The position numbers and the translations under genes are program-made. Of a DNA stretch of 64,000 nucleotides, positions 44,277 to 54,082 are shown piece after piece. The notes under the pieces were generated by a model. That model saw only the letters and a program-made list of their open reading frames with translations. It ran no database searches and was not told the DNA's origin. Position 1 is the stretch's first letter; every line of letters begins with the position of its first letter. The DNA is taken from positions 1 to 64,000 of IMG/VR virus record IMGVR_UViG_3300036944_001324. One strand, given 5' to 3'.

Positions 44277-45692
44277 ATGACGTTCAAAGAAACGCCGTTA
44301 GCTCCTTTGGCTGAAGAGATCATCTTCAGCGGTGGGACGTCAGGAGCCTATACCTGGACTTTCGAGTTCAAGCTCCAAGAAGATGCCCCACCGGACCTCA
44401 CCGACACCGACATCGCGGTTACCGATCGAGAGCAAAACGGTTACTACCGACCTCTCAAAGTAACCAACATTGATTTCATCAAGGACTTTGAAAAAGCAGC
44501 TTCTGAACACGTTAACTGTTCGGTGCTGGTTGCTACCGGCATGTGGTTGAAAGTGATTCAGCCCAGCCGTAAACAACTCCTTGTGCATATCACTCGCCAA
44601 AAGCTCAAACGGGTAGAAGGTGAGACAGATGAGGAAGAAGAAACAAAAGTCTTCATCTACAAAGCACTGATCAAACTCGATGAGTCCCAAGACTCTGACA
44701 GTAACACGTCTTCGGAACTCACACGCAAAGAACTTGACATGCGTGGGTTCGTAACACTCGATCTCGATCTTATCGATCGGGCTGTTGAACAAGCCCGCAA
44801 CATCGCTATCGGCGGTGTCTGGAGAAAGACAACCTCGCAGAAAGTCATCCAGTCCATCTTGATGAAAGAATGCGAAAACATCGAAGTCGATGGCGAGAAA
44901 GCCGTCCTCGGTGTGGAGTTTGCCAAAGGCTACTCCGAGGAAGTCAAAGAGCATGTGATCATCGAGCAAGGCCTTCCCTTGCTTAACGTAGCGCACCACA
45001 TCCATGCCAACGTATCAGGTGTGTGGCCTACCGGCATCAACTGCTACTTCCACGAAGGTTACTGGTACGTCTTTCCACTCTACGACACCAGTCGTTTTGA
45101 TGACGAGACCAAAACACTGACCATCGTGAGGATACCGGACAAGGTCTACCAAAGCCCTGAGAACACATTCATCAATGACGCTGGAAGAGTAAAGCTGGTT
45201 GCTACCTCCAACAGCAGTGTTTTGGATGCAACCCATTTGCGTTACATGACACAAGGCGATGGTGTTCGCTTCGCAGATGCCGAAGCCATGATGAGTGATT
45301 GGGTTGAGACATCAGACAACAAAGCCAAAGCAGTGCGTTCCAAGACGAACTCTGAGCTGCGCATTGATGATAAGTCCACACCCGATCATCACACCAAGCT
45401 TAGCAAAGACCGTATTTCCTCCAACCCTCTGCTGGAGTACAGTCGTCTTGCAGGGCGTAAAGGCAAGATCCTTGCGTTTGCTTGGGAGAATGCCGACCAC
45501 ACCTTGCTTCATCCCGGGATGATGTGCAAGATCCTCTACAACGCCAAAGATGACGTTGCTGAGCTCGAAGGAGTTTTGCTCAACGCTCAGGCCTCCATCC
45601 AGTTGTTTGGACAAGGCCTTACCGCTGACTCCTACAGAACAACTTGCATGTTGTTTATTTTCTGTAACGTTGGTGAGGAGACTGAACAATGA
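44277..45692 (+). CDS. Virion structural protein (baseplate-hub-like candidate)
   Basis: 471 aa; GVWPTGI..YF..G.WYVFPLYD..RF, DHTLLHPGM. Confidence 0.62.
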   Translation: MTFKETPLAPLAEEIIFSGGTSGAYTWTFEFKLQEDAPPDLTDTDIAVTDREQNGYYRPLKVTNIDFIKDFEKAASEHVNCSVLVATGMWLKVIQPSRKQLLVHITRQKLKRVEGETDEEEETKVFIYKALIKLDESQDSDSNTSSELTRKELDMRGFVTLDLDLIDRAVEQARNIAIGGVWRKTTSQKVIQSILMKECENIEVDGEKAVLGVEFAKGYSEEVKEHVIIEQGLPLLNVAHHIHANVSGVWPTGINCYFHEGYWYVFPLYDTSRFDDETKTLTIVRIPDKVYQSPENTFINDAGRVKLVATSNSSVLDATHLRYMTQGDGVRFADAEAMMSDWVETSDNKAKAVRSKTNSELRIDDKSTPDHHTKLSKDRISSNPLLEYSRLAGRKGKILAFAWENADHTLLHPGMMCKILYNAKDDVAELEGVLLNAQASIQLFGQGLTADSYRTTCMLFIFCNVGEETEQ

Positions 45693-45943
45693 CCGTACAA
45701 GACAAACCAACTACCTTTCTGTCGTGCACGGGTGTAGATGGTCAGCGCGTGGAAGAAACAACGACTCAAAGATTCGAAGTCCTGCCTGCGGGTGTATACC
45801 GTAAAGCAGGCTACGACGAGTTGGTAAGGCTTTCTTACCAAACCAAGAGTCGTGTCTACTTTTATCGTGAGGGTGCTGTTGAAGTCGACTCACTAGCCAC
45901 GCAAATCTTCATGAAAATCTATAAGCCTTGGACCCCCGATTAA
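45689..45943 (+). CDS. Small hypothetical protein
   Basis: ATGA overlap with the upstream gene. Confidence 0.5.
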   Translation: MTVQDKPTTFLSCTGVDGQRVEETTTQRFEVLPAGVYRKAGYDELVRLSYQTKSRVYFYREGAVEVDSLATQIFMKIYKPWTPD

Positions 45944-45967
45944 CGCTCAGAAAGCGAAAACCTCAGA

Positions 45968-47692
45968 ATGACGATCCTTAACCTCACCGTTCTCGACATT
46001 AGCAAACCCGCTAAAGAAGTCCTGATCGATAAGCTCAACGCAGCCAACAGCCTGAACCTGCAGCCCAATGACTTCGTGATGGGTGCCCCTGAAGTTCAGG
46101 TCAACCCCAACTACGACACCAAGATCGTTTTGGCGCCAACGACATCGAGTCAGTGGTATGAATCCTTGAGCATTTTCTACAAACGCATCAAGCTCCAAGA
46201 AGTCTTCGAAGTGAACCTCAAGGCGTTCACGACGGGGGTGGAAACCACGCTGGAGGAAATCCTTCCACTCATCAACGCAACGTACGGCATCTACCTCACA
46301 CCGGATGATGTTGAACCTGCAACGATCGTGTTTTCCAATCCAGCAGTGCTCACCAGCGGTGGCACTGTCTCCGTTGTGGCAAAGACAACGTCTCCTCTCT
46401 TCCAGGGCAACAAGACCATCCAAATCAACGTGACAAACGTTGAAGGTCCTGCGATCTACGAAGACAACCAAACCTACTTCGCCGTGGTGAGTGACACAGG
46501 TGTCGACTCCGTCAAGGCTTTCAACAGCTTGGGTCTGCAACTCGACACGTTCAACTACCTGGACAACAGTGTTCTGCATTCTTCTTTGATCAAGAAGATG
46601 GTCCACTGGCCTAACAACGACATCATGGTCATCGGTGATTTCGATTACTCGCACACCGACTCCTTCAACGTCACAACCCGCTACCAGCACAAGCTGGTTC
46701 GCATGAACAGTCGCGGCCGTTTGAATGGTGTCTCTGCGGCCAGTCGCTTCGGTGTTGAATTCAACCTTCGTTACTATCCGGATGCCAAGAACGGTTTCGT
46801 GTATGTCCTGGACGCCACCAACCAGATCGGCGGCAATCTCCACGGCTTGCACCGCTATCTGGAAGACGGCACGTACGACAACGCATTTGCGGCTGCAGCC
46901 GTTACAGCGGCACCTTCGATCATCCTTGACATGACGACCGATGAAGACGGCAACATCTTCATTGCCTACGGTGACGCTGGCAACATCAAAGTCAAGAAAC
47001 TGCTTCCCACCGGAGCCGATGACGTCACTCCAGAAGTCACCATCGACCTGGCCATGGAAAGCGCCGATGTTGCGGACATGGCCGCTTCCGTGGACGGTAT
47101 CTTCGTTCGGTTGAAGATGCCTGCCAATCGCACCAAGCAAAACGTGATCACACTCAACGGTGTTGAGCTGTGGGACCCGGATGTTGTTTCGTCGGAAGGC
47201 CGCTGGATCGAGATCTTGAAGATCAATCTGGACATGACGCCTGACATGGACTTCAATCCATACCACAATGACCGCGGAGCCAACGCTCTGGGTATCGCCG
47301 ATCAATCGGGCTACAACGTCGCCAACAGCCTGTGCCCTATCTCAGGCTTCATCTCTTACGTTGCACTGACTGTGTCGCCTCTGACGGGCTTTGAACGCCC
47401 TTGCACGGTATCCTTGGCGGCTGCTGATGCCCGCCACCAAGGTATCACCGGTCATTACTACGATGACCTGCATTGGGACCGCATCGAAGGTACAGCACCC
47501 AACGCAACCAATGAAGCGATGGTGTGGGGAACTTACCGACCCTTGAGCCAGTCCGGCTTCAGCGCAGCTGAGTCCATCATCGCTCTGTACTCTCGCGGTG
47601 GTGACATGCCTCAGGTCGTTGTTGAACTCAACGGCTCTACCATCAAGGATGTGATCGCAGTATCCGAGGACAATCCGAATGTCACCCCGTGA
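45968..47692 (+). CDS. Tail/tail-fibre-associated protein (shared N-terminal module plus beta-propeller-like region)
   Basis: N-terminal module shared with the next two ORFs; repeated DG..D..F and IMVIGDF-type strands. Confidence 0.6.
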   Translation: MTILNLTVLDISKPAKEVLIDKLNAANSLNLQPNDFVMGAPEVQVNPNYDTKIVLAPTTSSQWYESLSIFYKRIKLQEVFEVNLKAFTTGVETTLEEILPLINATYGIYLTPDDVEPATIVFSNPAVLTSGGTVSVVAKTTSPLFQGNKTIQINVTNVEGPAIYEDNQTYFAVVSDTGVDSVKAFNSLGLQLDTFNYLDNSVLHSSLIKKMVHWPNNDIMVIGDFDYSHTDSFNVTTRYQHKLVRMNSRGRLNGVSAASRFGVEFNLRYYPDAKNGFVYVLDATNQIGGNLHGLHRYLEDGTYDNAFAAAAVTAAPSIILDMTTDEDGNIFIAYGDAGNIKVKKLLPTGADDVTPEVTIDLAMESADVADMAASVDGIFVRLKMPANRTKQNVITLNGVELWDPDVVSSEGRWIEILKINLDMTPDMDFNPYHNDRGANALGIADQSGYNVANSLCPISGFISYVALTVSPLTGFERPCTVSLAAADARHQGITGHYYDDLHWDRIEGTAPNATNEAMVWGTYRPLSQSGFSAAESIIALYSRGGDMPQVVVELNGSTIKDVIAVSEDNPNVTP

Positions 47693-48143
47693 CAAGTTCT
47701 TGGAGATGCTTAGCTCGCTCTCCAATACCCCCATCAACGAAGATCTTTTTATCGTCTCACCACCTATCACGGTAGACGGTATCAAGACTACCGTCTCCGT
47801 AACACCGGTTAGCAAGTCTAACCTGTACGGAGCACGGGTTGTTGATTACACCCGCTTTGATCTTTCTTCTTTGGGGGGAGTCTCCCTCAAAAGCAATGAT
47901 GAAGACTACTCCCACGAGTTGGTAGAACGACTGGTACGGTACAACTTGTTTAAGTACCGTATCAAAGATAACCGACAACCCAACGCAACCAAGACGCGTT
48001 TTCTGACGCTCAGCAAAAACGACGTTGAATCTGCCGTGCTCCCTCGTGTGTTCAGCACACCTGTAACTGTCGCATTACGCGCAGCAGCCGCCAGTGACTT
48101 CTTTGTAGGTTCGTTGTCCGTAACCCTGCTGCCCAGCATTTAA
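47679..48143 (+). CDS. Small tail-associated paralog
   Basis: FIVSPP...TTVSV.P...YG...DYTRFDL module. Confidence 0.55.
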   Translation: MSPRDKFLEMLSSLSNTPINEDLFIVSPPITVDGIKTTVSVTPVSKSNLYGARVVDYTRFDLSSLGGVSLKSNDEDYSHELVERLVRYNLFKYRIKDNRQPNATKTRFLTLSKNDVESAVLPRVFSTPVTVALRAAAASDFFVGSLSVTLLPSI

Positions 48144-48205
48144 TCGAGTCTCGCCAATCGTTTGGCGAGCTCTGCAATCAACTCTTTTAACCCCAGTCAA
48201 CTGAC

Positions 48206-48631
48206 ATGCCCGTACCAGATATCAAAACCAAGTTCTTCGCTGTCGTCAACAAGCACCTGTCTGACAACAGCAAGCCCACCATCGATCCCGACGATTTCGT
48301 CGTGAACGTTCCGCAGGTCTACACCGGCTCTGCCTACAACCGCAACACCCGCCTGGTTCTGGATGCTCCTTTGGACTCCACCAGCGTCGGCCGCACCACG
48401 ATCTACTACGATCGCATCAACTTGGCAACCATCACCGGTCTGCAAGTTGAAAAGGGTGCGTTCACAACGCTGCATGCGCTCCTGCCTTCCATCAATGAAC
48501 TGATGGGTGTGGAGTTCTTGCCGGCCGACGTCGTTGACATCACACTGCCCGCCAGCGGCACGTTCGAGATGGCTGCAACGTCGTCCAACCTGATCTACTC
48601 GGGCGCCATGACGCTCACGCTGATCATCTAA
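48206..48631 (+). CDS. Small tail-associated paralog
   Basis: DFVV..P...NTRLVL......GRTTIYYDRINL; LL..IN...G..F...DV. Confidence 0.6.
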   Translation: MPVPDIKTKFFAVVNKHLSDNSKPTIDPDDFVVNVPQVYTGSAYNRNTRLVLDAPLDSTSVGRTTIYYDRINLATITGLQVEKGAFTTLHALLPSINELMGVEFLPADVVDITLPASGTFEMAATSSNLIYSGAMTLTLII

Positions 48632-48637
48632 CGCATC

Positions 48638-48682
48638 GACGGCATAAAGCGAGCCTCCCGGGAAGGGAGGCTCGTATGTCGT
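48638..48682 (+). terminator. Conserved-flank palindrome
   Basis: GACGGCATAAAGCGAGCCTCCC-GGGAA-GGGAGGCTCGTATGTCGT. Confidence 0.8.
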
Positions 48683-48698
48683 TTCAGTAACCGCGTTT

Positions 48699-48956
48699 GT
48701 GAGTTTATCCATGTCTCTTTCTGAAATTGAAATTCTTTTGCTAGCCGCCATTGGTGTCTTCATCTTGTATCTTGCTTACGAGCGGTACCGACTACGTCAC
48801 TACTACATCAAAACTGGAGATCTGCCGGACGGCATGGTTGTTAGCTCCTTTTGTAAGGGCGGCCAACTCTACCACATCGTCTCTGATGGCGAAGGTTATT
48901 CTCGCCCAATGAAGTCTATGATCGCTGGTGCGTGTTTCGACGGAGAACTGAAATGA
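48699..48956 (+). CDS. Small membrane-anchored protein
   Basis: TM helix, then FCKGG.L...DG.G; paralog of 49296..49871. Confidence 0.55.
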   Translation: MSLSMSLSEIEILLLAAIGVFILYLAYERYRLRHYYIKTGDLPDGMVVSSFCKGGQLYHIVSDGEGYSRPMKSMIAGACFDGELK

Positions 48957-49294
48957 AAAAATTCATCATTTTCCTCGGCCTGTTTCTGCTCACCAGTCTG
49001 GTTAATGCTCAGTGGTCGGCGATCAAGGTTATTAATCACAAACCGGTGATAATTATCGAGAAAACGTCAGAATGTTTGTCGACTGACCAAGCTTCTGATG
49101 GACCTATGGCGCACCTGGTCAAGATACGTTCAAACACCACACAACCTTGTACGTCTAACGTTTACAGGTATATCGTCAAAGACGGAGCCGGCACGATGTA
49201 CATTGTGACACAGCATGAGGGTGTCATCACAGGGTACTTGCGGTACACGCTTTTGTTCCTGGAAGACAACACAGTTCGTTTGATAAAAGGTTGA
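48953..49294 (+). CDS. Secreted/periplasmic protein (signal peptide)
   Basis: MKKFIIFLGLFLLTSLVNA signal peptide; ATGA overlap. Confidence 0.65.
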   Translation: MKKFIIFLGLFLLTSLVNAQWSAIKVINHKPVIIIEKTSECLSTDQASDGPMAHLVKIRSNTTQPCTSNVYRYIVKDGAGTMYIVTQHEGVITGYLRYTLLFLEDNTVRLIKG

Positions 49295-49295
49295 C

Positions 49296-49871
49296 ATGGG
49301 TTCATTGTTGGATATCTTGCAGTTCTTTCACTTGTTGGGTACCGAACCCAACATACCTGTCTCGGTATTTATACCGATGATCGCAGTGATAGGCTGCTTG
49401 GCTGGGTTGTGCTTTTACTTCTTCGTGAGGTACCACAACGCCAAAGTAGAGAATAACTACGTTCGTCATACCAAACACCAACATACGGAAGCAGGGTCTT
49501 TGCTCAAGACCTATTGCTTGAATGGCGACCTGTTTGGGATGTATGCTGATGGCAAAGGCGATTCGTACGAACTGATCATTCAGAACCAATGCGCCGGTTG
49601 TGCTTTTCCATCCCAGACAGACAGCTCGCTTTATATGGCGAGAGATGTTTCAACAAAACAGCCTTCCGCTACCACACACCCACTAAGACGTGCTAAGGAC
49701 GCACCAGCTCGCAGAAGTGCAACTAGTGATGAGGATAACTCGTTACAAATGCAAAGCAGTTTGACACTCCATCAATCCATGGCGTTAGCTTCCCAGGTCT
49801 CGCAAGACACATGCACATCCTCAACCGACAGTTCAGGCTCAGATGCGTCCTGTAGTTGTGCCGGTGACTAA
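49296..49871 (+). CDS. Membrane-anchored Cys-containing protein with Ser-rich tail
   Basis: TM helix, YCLNG.L...DG.G, CAGC, C-terminal DTCTSSTDSSGSDASCSC. Confidence 0.55.
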   Translation: MGSLLDILQFFHLLGTEPNIPVSVFIPMIAVIGCLAGLCFYFFVRYHNAKVENNYVRHTKHQHTEAGSLLKTYCLNGDLFGMYADGKGDSYELIIQNQCAGCAFPSQTDSSLYMARDVSTKQPSATTHPLRRAKDAPARRSATSDEDNSLQMQSSLTLHQSMALASQVSQDTCTSSTDSSGSDASCSCAGD

Positions 49872-49880
49872 ATCGATACC

Positions 49881-49900
49881 AAAAAATCTCAGCGATATAT
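49881..49900 (+). promoter_or_regulatory. Putative early promoter (copy 1)
   Basis: AAAAAATCTCAGCGATATAT, identical to 53219..53238 and followed by a stem-loop. Confidence 0.65.
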
Positions 49901-49971
49901 GCTAGAGTTGAGGTACAAGAGTTATCTAGCCTTGTAACCTCTTCACTAACTATCTAACGGAGAATCCGACA

Positions 49972-50271
49972 ATGAGCGAAATCAAAACATACAACGACAT
50001 TGCCTTTGACATTTTGCGCCTGCGCAAGCAGATGCAAGATGAGTTGCAAAGTCGTTGCCGTGTGGTGATGAACAAGCTAGATATGGCCGTGGATGCCGGT
50101 CAGGTGAAACCTTCTCGTGAGGTGGCGCTGTGTAAGAGCATTTGGGATGAGTTCAACGCCATCCCTGTCACGATTCGCAATACCTGCGATCCTGACATTT
50201 CTTCTGAGTTGACCACGCTGATCGAAACAGCTGGTTATATCCCTAACTTCAAGGTTTGGGAAATGCGTTAA
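49972..50271 (+). CDS. Small early hypothetical protein
   Basis: GGAGAATCC leader; followed by a palindrome. Confidence 0.65.
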   Translation: MSEIKTYNDIAFDILRLRKQMQDELQSRCRVVMNKLDMAVDAGQVKPSREVALCKSIWDEFNAIPVTIRNTCDPDISSELTTLIETAGYIPNFKVWEMR

Positions 50272-50317
50272 CGGCATACAAGCAAGGAAGGTGAAAACCT
50301 TCCTTGCTTTATGTCCT
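50271..50317 (+). terminator. Conserved-flank palindrome
   Basis: ACGGCATACAAGCAAGGAAGGT-GAAA-ACCTTCCTTGCTTTATGTCC. Confidence 0.8.
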
Positions 50318-50352
50318 CTTTATTTTTGCTTTGCTTTTTAAGGAGCATTCCT

Positions 50353-51015
50353 TTGAAACTGAAAACAGACGAATTTTTGCGTGAAGGCGGCAACCGCAAA
50401 ATGGAACGCGCGGTTTCTGCCCTGGTCGAGAAGTACCCTGAAGCACTCGACATCCTCGTTAAACATGTCCGTGAGAACTATGTTCCCGATCACGCCTTCG
50501 TGAGTAACCAAGTGGTGGAGATGTGGCACAAAGACGTCGGCATTCATGCCTTGGTCGCTGAACTCACAGGCAAGTACTCTGATGCTGAGAACGAGATCCA
50601 GTTCTTGACCCACTTCTTCAGTTACGCTCCATTGGTGTTGACAGCGTCCATCGCACTGCGTTTTGACAAGATTCATCCCAAAGACTTTTTCTTGGTGTGC
50701 GACCGTACTCGCAACATGGGTGGCCCTGAAGCAACCTCACTGGCTATTGCCCGAATGATGGTTGAACGGTTAATCGGTCAACGAGGTGTCTACAACACTT
50801 CACTAGAACCTATCATGCATCACACCTCGATGGGTTTTCGACGGCAAGCGTTCACGTCAGATGACGGTCCTCCCACGTACGATCATCATGATCTCGTCGC
50901 GGCTTATAACCACTTCTATCTTTTTACTTCCCACACTTCCCATGAAGAACTTCCAACAAACCCCCAAAGCCAAGCGTTTGTCAATGGCAAGTCAGAAAGC
51001 AGCTCTGGCTCATAG
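50353..51015 (+). CDS. Hypothetical protein (TTG start after AGGAG)
   Basis: RBS spacing supports a start at 50353. Confidence 0.6.
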   Translation: MKLKTDEFLREGGNRKMERAVSALVEKYPEALDILVKHVRENYVPDHAFVSNQVVEMWHKDVGIHALVAELTGKYSDAENEIQFLTHFFSYAPLVLTASIALRFDKIHPKDFFLVCDRTRNMGGPEATSLAIARMMVERLIGQRGVYNTSLEPIMHHTSMGFRRQAFTSDDGPPTYDHHDLVAAYNHFYLFTSHTSHEELPTNPQSQAFVNGKSESSSGS

Positions 51016-51022
51016 CGTCTCT

Positions 51023-51187
51023 ATGGTGTTTCAACCACGGGAGGCGTGGTCCACCAAACAAAAGCTCGGTGGTGTGGCGCTATCCGTGCTTGATGACAAG
51101 CAACTGCATCCGAGTCGGCGTCGCAGTTACGCTTTCGATTACGGCATGTGCTTTGCTTTGCCGCGCGAAGCCCGTCGCCCTTACTAA
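51023..51187 (+). CDS. Small hypothetical protein (3' part of ORF 50861..51187)
   Basis: Fills the gap between neighbouring genes; start uncertain. Confidence 0.35.
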   Translation: MVFQPREAWSTKQKLGGVALSVLDDKQLHPSRRRSYAFDYGMCFALPREARRPY

Positions 51188-51213
51188 CACTAACACACAG
51201 AAATAAAAGACTT

Positions 51214-51624
51214 ATGTCTACCCCAGCCTACCTTCGTAATCCCATTTACCTCTCGCTCCGTCCTGACCACGCCAGAACCCTTGCCACCGTTATTTCTGAC
51301 AACGGCAAGGTGGCCATGACTGGTGATTTTCGGTTCATGGAAAAACCATTGCTGCGTAAGGTGGTGAAGCTTCAGCGCGCAGGCACTAACGAACACGTGT
51401 TCTTTTACCACATTATCGTGGAAGAGCCGGGCACTCGTTACAAGGCAAGCTACGAGATGATCTCCACGGAGAAGCTCGGCTCCTTCCTGCGCTACCGCGG
51501 TATGCGTCCCCGGCTGTTTACGCACTTCGGCTTGGTACCCCCAGAAGAAGTGAAGAACAGTTGCCGTGACGTGTCTAACTTCCTTCAACTGCTCGAAGAA
51601 ATTAACAGCGGTTACCCGCTCTGA
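51214..51624 (+). CDS. Hypothetical protein (start revised to MSTPAY)
   Basis: ORF with phage-like codon usage. Confidence 0.6.
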   Translation: MSTPAYLRNPIYLSLRPDHARTLATVISDNGKVAMTGDFRFMEKPLLRKVVKLQRAGTNEHVFFYHIIVEEPGTRYKASYEMISTEKLGSFLRYRGMRPRLFTHFGLVPPEEVKNSCRDVSNFLQLLEEINSGYPL

Positions 51625-51633
51625 AAGAAAATC

Positions 51634-52488
51634 ATGAAGAAATCACGTTACAACGAGATCATTGCTCGCAAGCAAACCAAACTCCAGCAACGTCGCAACA
51701 AGCGTTACGCTGGAAACCATGCTCTTTCTTCCGACGTATTTTTGCAAGCGAAAGCGTCACTGGAAAACATGGTGAACGCACATAACTGCTTCCTGAGCAC
51801 GGACGGTCTCTCTGTGTTCGGGGATGCGTACCCCGCTGAAAACTTCAAAACGCAAGGCATGAAGAAAACCGCCGAACTACTCGATGCTCCTTACAAGAGC
51901 AGAAAGTATGTTCGCGGTGCACGGCTCACTCGCGCTGAGCGCAAACAGGCAGTACACGCGGTCATGCACGAGACACGGATCTACAACATCGTCATCACGC
52001 GCAAACAGGTTGGCGAGATCATTAAAGCCTTTTGCCCCTGCAAGCCACGACGTACAAAACTGCAAGAGCCAATCTTCCCTAGTCTGTGCCGTAAACCTCG
52101 TTGGGTAAACGACATGGCCGAGTTGGTCCTTACGTACGTCCAGTTTGGTTCTGGTTACCCTACATGGTCGTACTACACAAGTGGCCGCATTTTTAAGTAT
52201 GAAGGAATGCCTTCATTTATCGAAAAAAGGCTGAAGGCCTTTGTGAACACGTTCTCTAAGTCGCTCGATTGGGACGAAGGTGAATTCGATAAAGATCCAA
52301 GTGCTTCGCGTGCAGAGATTTTGAAACATGCTGAAGCTGCTGTACCGACTCTCCAGCGCATGCTGCGTTATGATGATTTGGAACAAGGACCGTATTTGAG
52401 AGCGCCGGTCGGAGCGTTGGATGTTGAATCTGCCGCTCGTTTTTCTGCACCTGTTAGCGAGGGATTCCTGCCAGACAGACTCGACTGA
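51634..52488 (+). CDS. Basic (Arg/Lys-rich) hypothetical protein
   Basis: G.RLTRAERK...ITR motif shared with the next ORF. Confidence 0.6.
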   Translation: MKKSRYNEIIARKQTKLQQRRNKRYAGNHALSSDVFLQAKASLENMVNAHNCFLSTDGLSVFGDAYPAENFKTQGMKKTAELLDAPYKSRKYVRGARLTRAERKQAVHAVMHETRIYNIVITRKQVGEIIKAFCPCKPRRTKLQEPIFPSLCRKPRWVNDMAELVLTYVQFGSGYPTWSYYTSGRIFKYEGMPSFIEKRLKAFVNTFSKSLDWDEGEFDKDPSASRAEILKHAEAAVPTLQRMLRYDDLEQGPYLRAPVGALDVESAARFSAPVSEGFLPDRLD

Positions 52489-52521
52489 CTCACTCAAGCA
52501 TCTCAATCACAGGGCTAAATC

Positions 52522-53214
52522 ATGAAAAACCAAGCGTTCTACGCACGGCTGCGAAATGCACGCAGCTTCCTTCGTTTCTGTCAAGATACCCACAGTGAAC
52601 TGAGCGTCCTCAAAAAAGATGGTACAGTCACGCCTTTCAACGCAGGTGCTGTGGCTTCTTGGAACAAGTGGGCTCAGACAGGTACTTTCAAAACCACCGG
52701 CAAAGCGCTCACAAGGCGCGAACGCAAGCGTTTGGCAAGGCGTCTGTACAGCACCAGGTCGTACCTATACCCCGACATCACTCGTTCCAATGCATTCGCA
52801 CTCACAAAGAGCGCGTACCCAAGGAAGGCTGTGACTATCCACCATAGCGCGCTTTGCAAGTCATTGCGTAACTGTCTGCCGTACTGGTTGACGACAGGCG
52901 TGATAGTGAGCAACCTGGTGATGAACAATGACCGGATCAAGAGAAAGACCATCTCGAATAAAGGGTGGGTCCCTTTCCCTGGTTGGTGGTGTGGTGATAG
53001 GACTCTCGCGTCTGAACTCAGAGCTTCTGAATACGCGCCGGATAACGGTAGCAAGGTCTACCTATCGGGCGTCACAGCTGACCAGACAGCTGAAGTGCCA
53101 ACCTATCATCCAGTGGCTGGTCCTGAGACGACGAAACTCAAAGTCAATCTCGAGGACCCGGACTCAGTTGCTGAAGGCGTTCGTATTGCGAAGCGTTCTC
53201 TTCGTCGCCTTTGA
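52522..53214 (+). CDS. Basic hypothetical protein, paralog of the upstream ORF
   Basis: GKALTRRERK...DITR. Confidence 0.6.
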   Translation: MKNQAFYARLRNARSFLRFCQDTHSELSVLKKDGTVTPFNAGAVASWNKWAQTGTFKTTGKALTRRERKRLARRLYSTRSYLYPDITRSNAFALTKSAYPRKAVTIHHSALCKSLRNCLPYWLTTGVIVSNLVMNNDRIKRKTISNKGWVPFPGWWCGDRTLASELRASEYAPDNGSKVYLSGVTADQTAEVPTYHPVAGPETTKLKVNLEDPDSVAEGVRIAKRSLRRL

Positions 53215-53218
53215 TCCT

Positions 53219-53238
53219 AAAAAATCTCAGCGATATAT
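53219..53238 (+). promoter_or_regulatory. Putative early promoter (copy 2)
   Basis: AAAAAATCTCAGCGATATAT plus stem-loop GAAGGAAG/CTTCCTTC. Confidence 0.65.
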
Positions 53239-53313
53239 ACCAGTTGTGAGATTGAAGGAAGTATCATCTTCCTTCTCTCACTTTAACCAACCCATCTACG
53301 GAGTATCCGAACC

Positions 53314-53652
53314 ATGAACGCAACTCAAATCCCTTTCTCGATTCCTAACGTTACTGCTCGCAAGCTGATCGAAAGCTTTCAGCGTTTACAGTTGACTCGT
53401 GCCCCGGCTACTGGATCTGCACGCATTCTCTCGTTTGAAGTTAACTGTAAACAAAAAGACGGCCGTGAAGCCGTGGCCGTAACCATCAAGCTCAGCTACC
53501 TTGGTGACGATCCAATCAACTACATCTACGAAGGCCACTTCGTAAACGACGATGCGGTTGTTCAGTACGGCTCTTATGTCGGTGATGAGCGTAACTTCCG
53601 CTGCGGTGACATCGGTTTGTTCACCGAAGCCGTGATTACCGGAACCGTTTAA
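53314..53652 (+). CDS. Small early hypothetical protein
   Basis: GGAGTATCC leader. Confidence 0.65.
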   Translation: MNATQIPFSIPNVTARKLIESFQRLQLTRAPATGSARILSFEVNCKQKDGREAVAVTIKLSYLGDDPINYIYEGHFVNDDAVVQYGSYVGDERNFRCGDIGLFTEAVITGTV

Positions 53653-53679
53653 CCACTTCCACTTTTAAGGAGTATCCTC

Positions 53680-54033
53680 ATGAAGTTCTTTTTTATCCCC
53701 ACTGCCGTCGTCGAAACACACAGCCATTTCATCGATGAATTTACAAACGGCAATGATCCACTGTCCTTCGAATGTGCAAGTCGCGCAATCGGTAAAAAGA
53801 ACGGTGTCACGGCAGAAATGCTGATGTTCGTAGTGAATGATGACACCACTTTCGTTGGTGTCATCTATCGCCTGCAAAGCGATACCGATGTTTCCATCAT
53901 CGCTTTCAGCGACGACGCCGATGAGAAGCAAATTTTCGCCGGCATGCGTAACGACCCCATTGTTACCGAAGCTACCGAAGAGCAGTTCAACGCAATGAAG
54001 AACAAGGCTCTGGCCACCATCATGGATCTTTGA
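53680..54033 (+). CDS. Small acidic early hypothetical protein
   Basis: TTTAAGGAGTATCCTC leader. Confidence 0.65.
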   Translation: MKFFFIPTAVVETHSHFIDEFTNGNDPLSFECASRAIGKKNGVTAEMLMFVVNDDTTFVGVIYRLQSDTDVSIIAFSDDADEKQIFAGMRNDPIVTEATEEQFNAMKNKALATIMDL

Positions 54034-54082
54034 TCCAGTCCCATCAATTCACTCTGTTTCCAAACCTAAGGAGTTTCCTACC

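Noticed and set aside
35940-47305. Long minus-strand ORFs 35940..37202, 36670..37908, 38170..39396, 40699..42219, 42446..43843, 45947..47305
   Set aside because: They mirror plus-strand virion genes codon for codon and show no independent coding signals.
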